A stretch of DNA of 64,000 nucleotides from the NCBI GenBank assembly GCA_020025885.1, contig JAHHRJ010000003.1:15498-79497 (forward strand). Reading direction: 5' to 3'. Positions 29,014 to 39,245 of the stretch are shown here, one piece after another; the stretch's first letter is position 1, and each line of letters starts with the position of its first letter. The notes beneath the pieces were generated by a model. The model was given only the letters and a program-made list of their open reading frames with translations. It did no database searches and was not told the DNA's origin. The stretch is from Butyricicoccus sp. Lineage in GTDB: Bacteria > Bacillota > Clostridia > Oscillospirales > Butyricicoccaceae. A program made the translations under genes and the position numbers.

Positions 29014-30282
29014 GTGTTACAATTTATAAAAGGGTTTAATCTGCTGATTTTCGCTATGTTTACAGTGTTCTATGCGTATCAGTTGTTCTATGTGGTTGCA
29101 GCACTGTGGCATGATCGGAAAAAGCAGTCTATCCCACAAGCGGGGAAGCTGCACAAGTATGCGGCAGTGATTTCTGCACGCAATGAAAGTGCAGTCATAG
29201 GCGAGCTGGTGCACAGTATAAAAAAACAGAGGTATCCAGCAGAGCTATTGGAGGTGTTTGTCATTGCAGATAACTGCACAGATAACACCGCAGATGTTGC
29301 ACGAAGTGCGGGTGCGATCGTGTTTGAACGCATGAATCGCACACAGGTTGGCAAGGGATATGCGCTTGATTACGCATTCCAGCGGATCGCAAACGAGTTT
29401 GCAGAGGCAAAGTATGATGGATATTTTATCTTTGACGCAGACAATCTGCTTGACCCCAACTATGTTGCAGAGATGAACAAGGTGTTTGACAGCGGATATC
29501 GTGTTGTGACCAGCTATCGAAATTCAAAAAATTTCGATTCCAATTGGATCTCTGCGGGCAGTGCACTCTGGTTTCTGCGTGAGGCAAAGTTCCTCAATAA
29601 CTCTCGTATGATCCTTGGCACGAACTGTGCTGTTTCGGGCACAGGTTTTTTAGTCTCGAGCAAAGTCATCGAGGAGCGCGGCGGTTGGAAGTATCACCTC
29701 TTGACCGAGGATATCCAGTTTTCAATTGACTGTGCAGTAGAGGACGAGCGCGTTGGCTACTGTGCGACCGCTGTTTTCTATGACGAGCAGCCGGTTACCT
29801 TTGAGCAGTCTTGGAACCAGCGCTTGCGTTGGTCAAAGGGCTTTTATCAGGTGTTTGCACGTTACGGCAAGAAGCTGACATTGGGCGTCTTGAAGCGCCA
29901 TAGTTTTTCCTGCTATGATATGCTGATGACCGTTGCACCAGCAATGCTGCTGACAATGGCATCTGTTGCCGTCAATATGTTTTTCTTTATCAGTGCAATG
30001 CTGAGCACACCAGTTGCCTTGCCAATTATGAAGGTGACGCTGGCTTCGATCTTATCTTCTTTTAGTGGATTTTATTTTACGCTTTTATTCTTTGGCACTG
30101 TAACGGTGATCACAGAGTGGAAGCGCATCAATACAACCGTAGGTCGAAAGATCCTGTATACGTTCACATTCCCACTCTTTATTTTTACCTACATTCCGAT
30201 CGCGCTGGTTGCGCTGTTCTGTAAAATTGAGTGGAAGCCAATTGCACATACCATCAGCAAATCAATTGAAGAGTTTCAATGA
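29014..30282 (+). CDS. Membrane glycosyltransferase family 2
   Basis: ARNE, ADNCTD, GKG, FDAD, TED, QRLRW; GTG start after GGAGG. Confidence 0.9.
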   Translation: MLQFIKGFNLLIFAMFTVFYAYQLFYVVAALWHDRKKQSIPQAGKLHKYAAVISARNESAVIGELVHSIKKQRYPAELLEVFVIADNCTDNTADVARSAGAIVFERMNRTQVGKGYALDYAFQRIANEFAEAKYDGYFIFDADNLLDPNYVAEMNKVFDSGYRVVTSYRNSKNFDSNWISAGSALWFLREAKFLNNSRMILGTNCAVSGTGFLVSSKVIEERGGWKYHLLTEDIQFSIDCAVEDERVGYCATAVFYDEQPVTFEQSWNQRLRWSKGFYQVFARYGKKLTLGVLKRHSFSCYDMLMTVAPAMLLTMASVAVNMFFFISAMLSTPVALPIMKVTLASILSSFSGFYFTLLFFGTVTVITEWKRINTTVGRKILYTFTFPLFIFTYIPIALVALFCKIEWKPIAHTISKSIEEFQ

Positions 30283-30472
30283 ATAGAAATCCATTCTGCC
30301 ATTGTTGGTAGAATGGATTTTTGTTGTTTTTGCACAGAAAAATAGATGAATATGGTGGGGAAATATACTGTCTCTACAAGCCTTTTGGGAAGATATGCTT
30401 TGTTTCTTGTTTTTTTAAAGAAAATCCTGTATGATAATAAATATATTCTTGAAAAAAGATAGGAGGAACTGA

Positions 30473-31897
30473 ATGCTGAACGAGTATTTGGGACAACTAA
30501 ACAATTTTATGTACACCTATATTCTGATCTTTTTGTTGATCGGTGCCGGTGTATACTTCACCATCCGCACCCGTTTTGTCCAGGTGCGCCGAATCGGGGA
30601 TGTACTTCGAATTTTAAAAGAGAAGTCCGGTAACAGTGAGGGAACAAAGCAGGTTTCTTCCTTTCAGGCACTGATGATCTCCACAGCGTCTCGCGTTGGT
30701 ACAGGTAATATTGCAGGTATCGCGGCGGCGATTGCAACTGGTGGACCGGGTGCTGTATTCTGGATGTGGCTGATGGCTGTCATTGGCGGCGCGTCTGCAT
30801 TTATCGAGTCCACCCTTGCACAGATCTACAAGGTAAAGGACGGCGATGCATTCCGTGGCGGTCCGGCGTACTATATCCAGCGTGGTATGGGCAAGCGTTG
30901 GCTGGGATGCGTATTCTCTGTGCTGATCATTGCATGCTTTGCATATGGCTTTAATGGCTTGCAGACCTACAATATTTCCACAGCGATCTCATATTATATC
31001 CCAGATTACAGCAATTCCATTTGGCCGATGATTATTGGTATTGTGATGGCTGTGCTGACAGCAGCTGTTATCTTTGGCGGTGTACACCGTATCGGCTTTA
31101 TCAGTTCGGTGATCGTTCCAGTCATGGCTGGCGGCTATATCCTCATTGGACTCATTATGTTCTTTACACATCTGGATGCAGTTCCGGGCGTGTTCCAGCA
31201 GATCTTTAGTCAGGCATTTGATGCACAGGCAATCATGGGCGGCTTTGCAGGCAGCGCAATCGTAACAGGTATCAAGAAGGGTCTGTTCTCGAATGAGGCT
31301 GGTATGGGTTCTGCACCAAATGCAGCAGCAACTGCGGATGTATCTCACCCAGCAAAGCAGGGTCTGATTCAGACACTGTCTGTATTCCTCGATACTTTGG
31401 TGATCTGCTCCACCACCGCAATGATCCTGATGGTTTCTGGCGTGCCGGTTTCTAAGGATATCACCTATGTACAGGACGCGGTAAGCAGCACATTTGGCGC
31501 AGCAGGTAATATCTTTATTACCGTGGCAATCTTCTTCTTTGCATTCTCAAGCCTCATTGGTAACTACTACTATACAGAATCCAATTTGCGCTTTATCAAG
31601 GACGATAAGCGTATCCTGTTTATCTTCCGCCTGACCTGCTTGGCAGCGATCTTCTTGGGCGCACAGGCAAGCTTTGACACAGTATGGAACCTCGCAGATA
31701 TTTTGATGGGCTTCATGGCGATTGTAAACATCTTTGCAATTTTGGTACTGGGCGACATTGCACTCAAGGCACTGAAAGACTATGATAATCAGCGTAAGGC
31801 GGGCAAAAATCCAGTGTTCTATGCAAGCCACATTGGTATGAAGCCAGAAGACCTTGACTTTTGGCATGATGATGACCACGTTCCAGGTGGTAAGTAA
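30473..31897 (+). CDS. Alanine/glycine:cation symporter (AGCS family)
   Basis: RVGTGNIAG, GGPGAVFWMW, GLFSNEAGMGS, DTLVICSTT. Confidence 0.94.
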   Translation: MLNEYLGQLNNFMYTYILIFLLIGAGVYFTIRTRFVQVRRIGDVLRILKEKSGNSEGTKQVSSFQALMISTASRVGTGNIAGIAAAIATGGPGAVFWMWLMAVIGGASAFIESTLAQIYKVKDGDAFRGGPAYYIQRGMGKRWLGCVFSVLIIACFAYGFNGLQTYNISTAISYYIPDYSNSIWPMIIGIVMAVLTAAVIFGGVHRIGFISSVIVPVMAGGYILIGLIMFFTHLDAVPGVFQQIFSQAFDAQAIMGGFAGSAIVTGIKKGLFSNEAGMGSAPNAAATADVSHPAKQGLIQTLSVFLDTLVICSTTAMILMVSGVPVSKDITYVQDAVSSTFGAAGNIFITVAIFFFAFSSLIGNYYYTESNLRFIKDDKRILFIFRLTCLAAIFLGAQASFDTVWNLADILMGFMAIVNIFAILVLGDIALKALKDYDNQRKAGKNPVFYASHIGMKPEDLDFWHDDDHVPGGK

Positions 31898-31985
31898 ATA
31901 AAATGTGTTGCAAACAGCACATTCACATTTTTTAGAAATTATTTTATATATGAATAAAGGTTACGAAACCTACCAAAATCGTATG

Positions 31986-32018
31986 AATGGCTACATCCAA
32001 ATTGGATGTAGCCATTTT
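31986..32018. terminator. Terminator hairpin
   Basis: AATGGCTACATCCAA-A-TTGGATGTAGCCATTTT. Confidence 0.75.
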
Positions 32019-32040
32019 GATAGGAGAAATTAAAATGTAG

Positions 32041-32164
32041 GGCAACACCGCACAATGTCATCTGCGGCGCTTTGCGAAAATTTCGCGCCATAAATTCGTT
32101 GTGAATCCTCGAAATCCATCAAGGATTTCAAGGATTCACGCCTTTTTAAACATGATGGTGCGCC
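32041..32164 (+). mobile_element. Rod-hairpin MITE family B, degenerate right half
   Basis: 32041-32147 matches 17902 onward; the right end is eroded. Confidence 0.8.
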
Positions 32165-32904
32165 TTAGGTAATGGCGCAGTATGGGGATGAATAAAGGGT
32201 AGATGGATGCAAAAGCTGATGCCCGCAAGCAGCAGGAAGGTAACGAGAAGATATATTTGGCGTCCAAAGGTGTCAAGGACCCAAACAAGAGGAGTTCCAT
32301 CGGGCGCGCCATACAGGAACATGTAATTTTGACCGAAATGGAAGTCGATGTATCCAACGACAAATACAACTGCAAGGAAGAGGCACAGAACACGTGGAAA
32401 GTGGCGTGGATGAGGCTGGTGCGCACCGGTTAGGATAAGGGCAAGGGGCACGTAGATTAGAAGGGCATGCAGCAAGAAAGTCTGAATCGTTTGAAAAGAA
32501 AACAGGGGATAATATCCAGCAATGCCTGCGGGAAACACAGTACCAAAGATACCACCCAGTAGGGAGGTCGCGAATACAAAGTCTTTAAAGCAAGCAAATG
32601 GTGTAAAGATGGACAATGGAATGAACAGACTTTGCAGACCGCATAAATGGAGCGGCAGTAGTTCTACAAGACGTGTTGTGCCCGTAAAATACATCCAAAC
32701 CGAATGGGATAGCTCCAGTGTAGGAACGAGGATACCAGCAGCGTAGAGCAGTCTGCGGCGTGTTTTTGCAGAAGTGTGTTTTGTCCAGTGCAGCAGCAAG
32801 GAAAGCCCAAGCACAGTAAGGAGCAACAGGAAAATATGCCCAGCACCAAAAAGTGAGAATGCATGTTGGTGCGGCTCACTACATCGCATAAAGAAATCTT
32901 TCAT
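32146..32904 (-). CDS. YwaF/TMEM164-like integral membrane protein
   Basis: LFGAGH, LLPLHLC, FLLH, NYMFL motifs; multiple TM segments. Confidence 0.8.
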   Translation of the reverse strand: MKDFFMRCSEPHQHAFSLFGAGHIFLLLLTVLGLSLLLHWTKHTSAKTRRRLLYAAGILVPTLELSHSVWMYFTGTTRLVELLPLHLCGLQSLFIPLSIFTPFACFKDFVFATSLLGGIFGTVFPAGIAGYYPLFSFQTIQTFLLHALLIYVPLALILTGAHQPHPRHFPRVLCLFLAVVFVVGYIDFHFGQNYMFLYGAPDGTPLVWVLDTFGRQIYLLVTFLLLAGISFCIHLPFIHPHTAPLPKAHHHV

Positions 32905-33047
32905 ATGGCAAAGCCCCCAAATCAAGATATAAAAAATAGTATAGCACAGGAATGTGGCGAATGCGTGTACTTTTTGTGAAAATAGGGCGAAAATCCAGAT
33001 AGAAGGGCGTGAAAAAGCAGGCTTATTTGAAAAGCCTGCCTTTGAAA

Positions 33048-34163
33048 TCAGTGAAGTTTGTTTTCAGGGGAAAGCTGTACCTGCGCAAGGTCTTGCTTGA
33101 AATAATCGCTGCCGTTGCGGGCATCAAAGCGCTCGGCGATCGTTTGCGCCTCTGCATGGAACCACTGTGCAAGTTCTGCACTGCCATATACATTGTCCTC
33201 TCGGTAGAGAGGGAACTGGGGAGAAAATGGCAGGGTCACGCTGTCCTGTTTTTTGGAACATTCATGGAAGCACACCCAAGAAGCCTTGCAGAAGTCGTAT
33301 TTCGTCTTTTGATCCCACATGGAAAGCGCCCAATCGACATAGAGGGGGATTTGTTCCAGTGCTTTCTCAAGGTCGGTATATGCCCAACAGTGCAGAATGG
33401 CTGCGAGATAATGGAGTTCACTCTTGTCAGCATTGGTTCTGCCATAGAGCTTGGCTGCAAGCGGCTCTGCTTCGGAAAGATCCCCACGGCGCAGGGCATC
33501 TTCTAAGTAAGCAAGCCACATGAGTTTTGGCGTGTCTTCGCAGTATTCAACCGTATGTTCCTTTAAGGGCTTCGCATATTGGTCGGCGGCTTCATGGTCG
33601 CCAAAGAGCAGGGACAGATGAACCGCGTAACTGTGTTCACATGCTTCACAATCGGACATGTCATCGCGTGGCGTGCTCCAAGATTTCTTCAAATAGGTGA
33701 AGGCTTTTTCTTTATCGATATACTGCCAAAATCTTGCCATCTGTGCCCAGTATGTGCGTTCCCCAAACTGATAACGCTCGGTCAGGGTGTGGAATTCATC
33801 AATCAACTGTTTCCATTCAGAAAGCGGAATCTGAGGAAGGTCGCTCATGGGTTCAATTGCCATTTGCATAATGAGTAGATGGGAAAACACCAAAAGCTCT
33901 TCTGGAAGTGCATCAGGATACTGCTTTAGGATCGCGTTAAACTCTGCTGCCATTGGGATTGCCTTGGGCGCGTCATCATGGAAGACAGCTTGGCAAGCAT
34001 AATCTGCGCGGAAGAGCAAACGCCAATAGGAGTCATTTGCGGCATCTGCGTCACGAATCGCATCGGACAACGCGGACATTTTTTGCGTGCCGTCTGGAAG
34101 TGTATCAATAAAGCTGCTCAGTGCGTTGCCATTAAAGTCATTGATTTTTGTATCGTTTTTCAT
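33048..34163 (-). CDS. Uncharacterised helical (TPR-like) HSP90-associated protein, paralogue 3
   Basis: RBS GAAAGG; RDDMSDCEACE, CEDTP, AERFDARNG; alignable over its full length to 34202-35299. Confidence 0.8.
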   Translation of the reverse strand: MKNDTKINDFNGNALSSFIDTLPDGTQKMSALSDAIRDADAANDSYWRLLFRADYACQAVFHDDAPKAIPMAAEFNAILKQYPDALPEELLVFSHLLIMQMAIEPMSDLPQIPLSEWKQLIDEFHTLTERYQFGERTYWAQMARFWQYIDKEKAFTYLKKSWSTPRDDMSDCEACEHSYAVHLSLLFGDHEAADQYAKPLKEHTVEYCEDTPKLMWLAYLEDALRRGDLSEAEPLAAKLYGRTNADKSELHYLAAILHCWAYTDLEKALEQIPLYVDWALSMWDQKTKYDFCKASWVCFHECSKKQDSVTLPFSPQFPLYREDNVYGSAELAQWFHAEAQTIAERFDARNGSDYFKQDLAQVQLSPENKLH

Positions 34164-34201
34164 AGGATATCCTTTCGCTTAGGTGTATAGGTTGTGCGTT
34201 A

Positions 34202-35299
34202 TCATTGTAAAATAAGTGCTTGTGCAAGGTTCTGCTGGAAATAGTCACTGCCGTTGCGCGCATCAAAACGCGCTGCAATCTTTTCTGCCTCTGTATGGAA
34301 CCACTGTGCAAGTTCTGTGCTGTTGTATACGCTGTCCTCTTGGTAGAGTGGAAACTTGGCAGAAAGTGGCAGGGAAATCGTGTCCTGTTTTTTGGCAAGT
34401 TCATGGAAACACGCCCAAGAAGCTTTGTAGAAGTCATATTTCTTCTTTTGATCCCACATAGACAGTGCCCAGTCCAGTCGAGCACCGATTTGATGGATCG
34501 CCAGCTCAAGGTCGGTGTACGCCCAACAGTGCAGAATCGTCGCGAGATAACCGAGATCGCTTTTATCACGGATACCCTTGCGGTACAGCTTATTTGCGAG
34601 CGGATGCGCTTCTTCCAGATCCCCTCGGCGCAGGGCATCTTCTAAATATGCAAGCCACATGAGTTGTGGGGTATCACTGCAAAGAACCAGTCTGCCGCTT
34701 TCGAGCGGCTTTGCAAACCGGTCAGCTGCTTTTCGGTCACCCATCAAAAGGCTCATGTGGACAGCATGACTCACATCACACGCCTCGCAGTCGGATACTT
34801 TATCACGCTTACTGTTCCAAAATTTCCGGAAGTATGTAAAGGATTCTTCCTTGTCGATGTACTGCCAAAATTGCGCCATGCGCCACCAATAAAGACGCTC
34901 ACCGATTTGATAGCGTTCGGTTAGGGTATAAAACTCGTCCATGAGCTGCTTCCATTGCGAAATGGGGATTTGCGGCAAGGCAGCGATGGGGTCAACTGTG
35001 TTTTGCATGATGACAAGGTGCAGATAGTCCTTCTGTTCGGGTGGGAGGGCATCTGGATATTGTGCAAGAATGGAGTTGAATTCCGCGCCAACCGGAATGG
35101 CTTTTGGCGGGTCGTCGTCAAATGCTGCCTGCCATGCGTATTCAAAGCGGAACATCAAACGCCAATAAGGGTCGTTTGCGGCATCTGCTTGCTGAATGGC
35201 ATCTGAGAGTGCATTCATTTTTATGGTGCCGTCTGGAAGTCTATCAATGAGACTCATAAGACCGCCGCCGTTAAAATCGGTCATGTTACTATCTTTCAT
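34202..35299 (-). CDS. Uncharacterised helical (TPR-like) HSP90-associated protein, paralogue 2
   Basis: RBS GAAAGG; RDKVSDCEACD, CSDTP, AARFDARNG. Confidence 0.8.
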   Translation of the reverse strand: MKDSNMTDFNGGGLMSLIDRLPDGTIKMNALSDAIQQADAANDPYWRLMFRFEYAWQAAFDDDPPKAIPVGAEFNSILAQYPDALPPEQKDYLHLVIMQNTVDPIAALPQIPISQWKQLMDEFYTLTERYQIGERLYWWRMAQFWQYIDKEESFTYFRKFWNSKRDKVSDCEACDVSHAVHMSLLMGDRKAADRFAKPLESGRLVLCSDTPQLMWLAYLEDALRRGDLEEAHPLANKLYRKGIRDKSDLGYLATILHCWAYTDLELAIHQIGARLDWALSMWDQKKKYDFYKASWACFHELAKKQDTISLPLSAKFPLYQEDSVYNSTELAQWFHTEAEKIAARFDARNGSDYFQQNLAQALILQ

Positions 35300-36384
35300 T
35301 GGATTTTCCTTTCATTTTCAATTTTTCCAAGGTGATCAGCATTGTCAAGCTGGGTGCGATAATTGTGAGAGTCATTTCGCGTATCAAATGCTTGTGCGAT
35401 TTTTTGCGCCTGCGCATGGAAAAATGCGGCAAGTGTATCCATCTCATAAAGTTCATTCTCTTGCCAGAGAGGGAATGTTTGTGGAAGTGTCAGTGCCGCA
35501 GGCTCTGCGGACTGTTTGCTGTATTGCAGGCATACAACCCATGCAGAAGTACAAAGCTGAAATACAGAATCTTGATCCCACTCTCCCCACACTTCTGTAA
35601 TGCCAGATTCTAGCATACACAAGGCTTTGGGCATATCATTGTAAGCCAACCAGCGCAACATAGCATTATCATATTCGTTCTGAGCAAGATGCAGGCGCAG
35701 TAGATTTGCCCAGCGTGTTGCTTCTTCATTGGTTTCATAGTCAAGGGCAAATTCTAGAAAATGAGAAAGCATTCGGTTGGGTTCCTGTTCACAGGTGATG
35801 CTACCGTCCAGTACAGGTTTTGCTGCCTCAAGTGCTTTTGCTTTTTGTTTGGTTCTCAAGAAGTAATCGACTTTGGAATAGCAAGTGCATGCAGCACAAT
35901 CTGAGGTATCTGGAAATTTGGGATGCAGCATTTTTTGATAGGATATCTCTGCCAATTCCCATTTTTCCTGCATGACAGCAGTCTCCCAACAGCGCTCATA
36001 ATAACTTTTGTCACCTAAGGAGTATTGGTAAACTGCTTTTTTGTAACGCTCCATCATTGCATCGAGCTGGCTGAGGGGAAGCTGTGGGTGACATGCCCAC
36101 TGGTTGATACACAGATAGAGGGCATATACATAATCCTCTTCAGCATCCTCTATGGGATGCTCCTCATAGATTGCGGTCAATTCTGTAATGATCGGCAGGA
36201 TAGAGCCCTCATCACCATGGAACGCAAGTTCAATCATGAGGTCATCTCGCATATGGAAACGCCAGAAGTGGTCTTGCTGCAGGTCGGCTTGTGTGATTGC
36301 GCTTCGTATGGCATCGGCACGCTCCTTGCCATGCGGCAGTCTGCGATAACTTTGATAAAGCTGGGATAAAGATTGGGTGTCCAT
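35296..36384 (-). CDS. Uncharacterised helical (TPR-like) HSP90-associated protein, paralogue 1 (divergent)
   Basis: RBS AAGGAG; DTSDCAACT, CEQEP, AQAFDTRND. Confidence 0.78.
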   Translation of the reverse strand: MDTQSLSQLYQSYRRLPHGKERADAIRSAITQADLQQDHFWRFHMRDDLMIELAFHGDEGSILPIITELTAIYEEHPIEDAEEDYVYALYLCINQWACHPQLPLSQLDAMMERYKKAVYQYSLGDKSYYERCWETAVMQEKWELAEISYQKMLHPKFPDTSDCAACTCYSKVDYFLRTKQKAKALEAAKPVLDGSITCEQEPNRMLSHFLEFALDYETNEEATRWANLLRLHLAQNEYDNAMLRWLAYNDMPKALCMLESGITEVWGEWDQDSVFQLCTSAWVVCLQYSKQSAEPAALTLPQTFPLWQENELYEMDTLAAFFHAQAQKIAQAFDTRNDSHNYRTQLDNADHLGKIENERKIQ

Positions 36385-36397
36385 TGAGTGTGGCTCC

Positions 36398-38749
36398 TTA
36401 TGGTTTGATATTTGCGTCAATGAGGTTTAACAGTTCTTCGCTCATGGTTTGCAGCTCGCGGCTATGTAGAGGGTGACCGCCAGCAACCAATGCCTGTACA
36501 TATAGGATGCGGCAAATACTTTCTAAAAGAGTATCTTCAGACACTTGACACAGCCTTTGGATAAGACTGCAATTTGTATTTAGATACATAGTGGAGAGTG
36601 GCTGTTCTTCCAAGCCAGACAGCAGGGAAGAGAGCGCGTCAGAAAAGACACTGCCCTCACTCATATCCTTTGCGGACTGCACTTCGCGCACAAAACGTAC
36701 ATCGTCATGCAGGGAATACAAAACAGGCAAATCGGAGGGGTGGAATCCGCGGAGCTGTACCCGACAATCAAACTTTGCAAGTGCACGGTTGGCGGCGCGG
36801 AGAAGTGTGTCACCCTGTGCCAAAGTCTGGTCAGATGGGGTATCCAGTGTGGTTTCCAAACCTTCTTCGCTCAAAGGCGTTGCGGATAATCCACATAGCT
36901 GATGCAGCTTTAAGATTAGCTCTTGGTCGTTGGTGTAGCCTGTGCACACGAGCAGGTGCTCTTGTGCCAAGAAAATGGGGCGCAGTTGGCGGAAGCGCTC
37001 AATCGAGCTGACATAGGTGATTTCTCCAGCCTTGCGCAGTCCAGCGCCTGTTTTTGTACCTTCGCTGGTTTCAAATGGCAAATAATCAATAAAGACATGG
37101 AACATATCGTCGTTCCAGACGGAAAGAGACTTGATTGCGCGGAAGTGCACTGCGATAATTCTTTGTAAACGCTCCGGATCTTCGTGTTGGAGCTTTTTAA
37201 AATGAGCAGAGATTGCCTGTGTGAGTTCCTCGCGCGCTTCTTCGAGTGCGTCGTCTTCGTAAAAGTCCTCACGGGAAGCAGTCGGACGCAGACCGTGGGT
37301 GTTAAAGAAACATTGGGTAAAGAATGCCCAGTCTGGTAAAATATGCTCGCCATTTTCAGTCAGCAGCATCTGTTTGAGATAGATGCGGTGCAGTCCTTTG
37401 GCAGAAACGGAAGTTTCGTAAGGCAGGATATATGCAACACCGTTGATGTGTGGTGTGCGAATCGGAATGGCATCCAAAAAGGATCGACCAAACAGCCATG
37501 TGCCAAAAGAAAGCAGTTGATTGCGCCCGAGTATAGAAAAGTCGTCTGGAATCTGATTGAGTGGCTCAGGGTTGCCAGCAAGATACACAGGCACAGGCAG
37601 CACCAGACCATAGTATTTCACCAGATTTTCAATCGTGTCTGCGTCGAAATAGTCTTCTGCCCCTGATTTTGCAGTCAAAGTAACCGTTGTACCAATGAGC
37701 GCATTTTGCAATGGCTCAATGGTGTAAGTGCCATCTGGGAAACCTGTCCACTTATGTGCAGGGCCGCCGCTTGCTGGCTGGGTATGAACGACAATGGAAT
37801 CAGATACCATAAAGCAGGAGAGCAGACCGATACCAAAACGTCCGATGAAGTCTTCAGGAATCCTGCCATTGACCAGCTCAGTTTTGGAGGATTGCCCAAT
37901 CACCGCGAGAAAACGGTGTATGCCTTCTTCGGTCAGACCTGCGCCGTTATCCCAGAATACCAGACGGCGTCCTGGCTCCAAGGAAATCGTAATGCGTCCA
38001 CTGTTCCAGTCTGGCTGTTGTTTTTTGCGTAATGTAATGGCATCTACGCCGTTTTGCAGAAGTTCACGCAGAAAAACATCGGGGCTTTTATATAGGTGGT
38101 TGGAGAGAATATCCAGCATACCGCCCAAGTTGACCTGAAAATGATAGCTGTCATCCTTGGTGGGGCTGGGTGCGGGTGCGGAAGCAGGGATAGTGCTTGG
38201 AGACAGGGTGGCTGAGGTTTTTTCGTCTGTGTATGCGAAACCAAGGGCAGAAAGAAAATCGGTTACCTGATCTGCCTCATAGCCGTGCCGGTCGCTGTCA
38301 TATGCCTTTTGGGGAAGTGCTTCGATTGACCAAGGGCGCAGATAGTTTGTTAGGCTTTCAGCAGGTACACCGAAGTGCTGTGCAAGCGTTTTGGCATTGC
38401 CAGAAAATTGTGCTATGATTTCGGGAGATACTGCACCGAAATAGTCAGGAACAGGGCAGAAGCGGTCTTGTTCTGCACCTTGATCAAAAAGATAGTATCC
38501 CCAATACTCCTTTTCATAGGTGTAGCAGAGGAGTACAACACTTCCGGCTTGCGTAGATAAGAAACGCGCAAGATTTTCGGGGGTTGTGCATACAGATTGG
38601 AAGTGCAGAGCAGTTCCGTTTGTATCACTGGACAGGGTGCAGTTTTGGGCACAAGTTGAAAATTCAGATGTCTCTAAGGCGTGCAAATATTTTTTCACTG
38701 GAAATACGCCACGGTTTAAAAAAATTGCAGTATGCAAAATAAATTCCAT
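36398..38749 (-). CDS. Atypical HSP90/HtpG-family ATPase with an extra N-terminal domain
   Basis: FQVNL, FLRELLQNGVDA, DNGAG, IGRFGIGLLSCF, GTTV, PTASRE; ~180-aa N-terminal extension plus Pro/Ser linker; start chosen by AGAAAGG RBS. Confidence 0.88.
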   Translation of the reverse strand: MEFILHTAIFLNRGVFPVKKYLHALETSEFSTCAQNCTLSSDTNGTALHFQSVCTTPENLARFLSTQAGSVVLLCYTYEKEYWGYYLFDQGAEQDRFCPVPDYFGAVSPEIIAQFSGNAKTLAQHFGVPAESLTNYLRPWSIEALPQKAYDSDRHGYEADQVTDFLSALGFAYTDEKTSATLSPSTIPASAPAPSPTKDDSYHFQVNLGGMLDILSNHLYKSPDVFLRELLQNGVDAITLRKKQQPDWNSGRITISLEPGRRLVFWDNGAGLTEEGIHRFLAVIGQSSKTELVNGRIPEDFIGRFGIGLLSCFMVSDSIVVHTQPASGGPAHKWTGFPDGTYTIEPLQNALIGTTVTLTAKSGAEDYFDADTIENLVKYYGLVLPVPVYLAGNPEPLNQIPDDFSILGRNQLLSFGTWLFGRSFLDAIPIRTPHINGVAYILPYETSVSAKGLHRIYLKQMLLTENGEHILPDWAFFTQCFFNTHGLRPTASREDFYEDDALEEAREELTQAISAHFKKLQHEDPERLQRIIAVHFRAIKSLSVWNDDMFHVFIDYLPFETSEGTKTGAGLRKAGEITYVSSIERFRQLRPIFLAQEHLLVCTGYTNDQELILKLHQLCGLSATPLSEEGLETTLDTPSDQTLAQGDTLLRAANRALAKFDCRVQLRGFHPSDLPVLYSLHDDVRFVREVQSAKDMSEGSVFSDALSSLLSGLEEQPLSTMYLNTNCSLIQRLCQVSEDTLLESICRILYVQALVAGGHPLHSRELQTMSEELLNLIDANIKP

Positions 38750-38930
38750 TGTTGTAAAGCCTTTCTTGCAAAATAAAATAAAGTAAGCGGAGACGATTTG
38801 TTTGGTTGCTGGGGTCAAAAAACCTCCAATCACAGTTTGATTTTACGATAGGAGGAGCGTGTAGTTGTATGGGTTTTCTCAAACAAATTGATTGTGTTTA
38901 GAAGTCATAAAAAACTACAATTTTATTATA

Positions 38931-39090
38931 GGCAATACCGCATAATTCGGCAAGAGCGATTTTCGGAAAAATTTCTCATCAGAAAAAGGCGTGAAGCCGC
39001 AGGAATCCTTGGTGGATTTCAAGGATTCACAACGAATTTATGGCGCGAAATTTTCGCAAAGCGCCGCAGATGACATTGTGCGCTGTTGCC
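38931..39090 (-). mobile_element. Rod-hairpin MITE family B full copy (160 bp)
   Basis: Reverse complement of 17902-18061; TATA duplication (38927-30 / 39091-94). Confidence 0.88.
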
Positions 39091-39245
39091 TATACGGATT
39101 CTTGGAAATATATCAATATATTGGAAGTATTTGGATGGAAAAGAAAAATAAAGAAAGGAATCATGAAAATTGCGCTTGCTTTCCTGTCGGTATCGTTCTA
39201 TAATTGTTTTGCCCACTCGAACCATGGAAGACGGAGGATTTTATA

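Noticed and set aside
32041..39090. Composite transposon formed by inverted MITE-B copies around the HSP90 operon
   Set aside because: The outer flanks differ (GTAG vs TATA) and the 38931 copy has its own TATA duplication, indicating independent insertions
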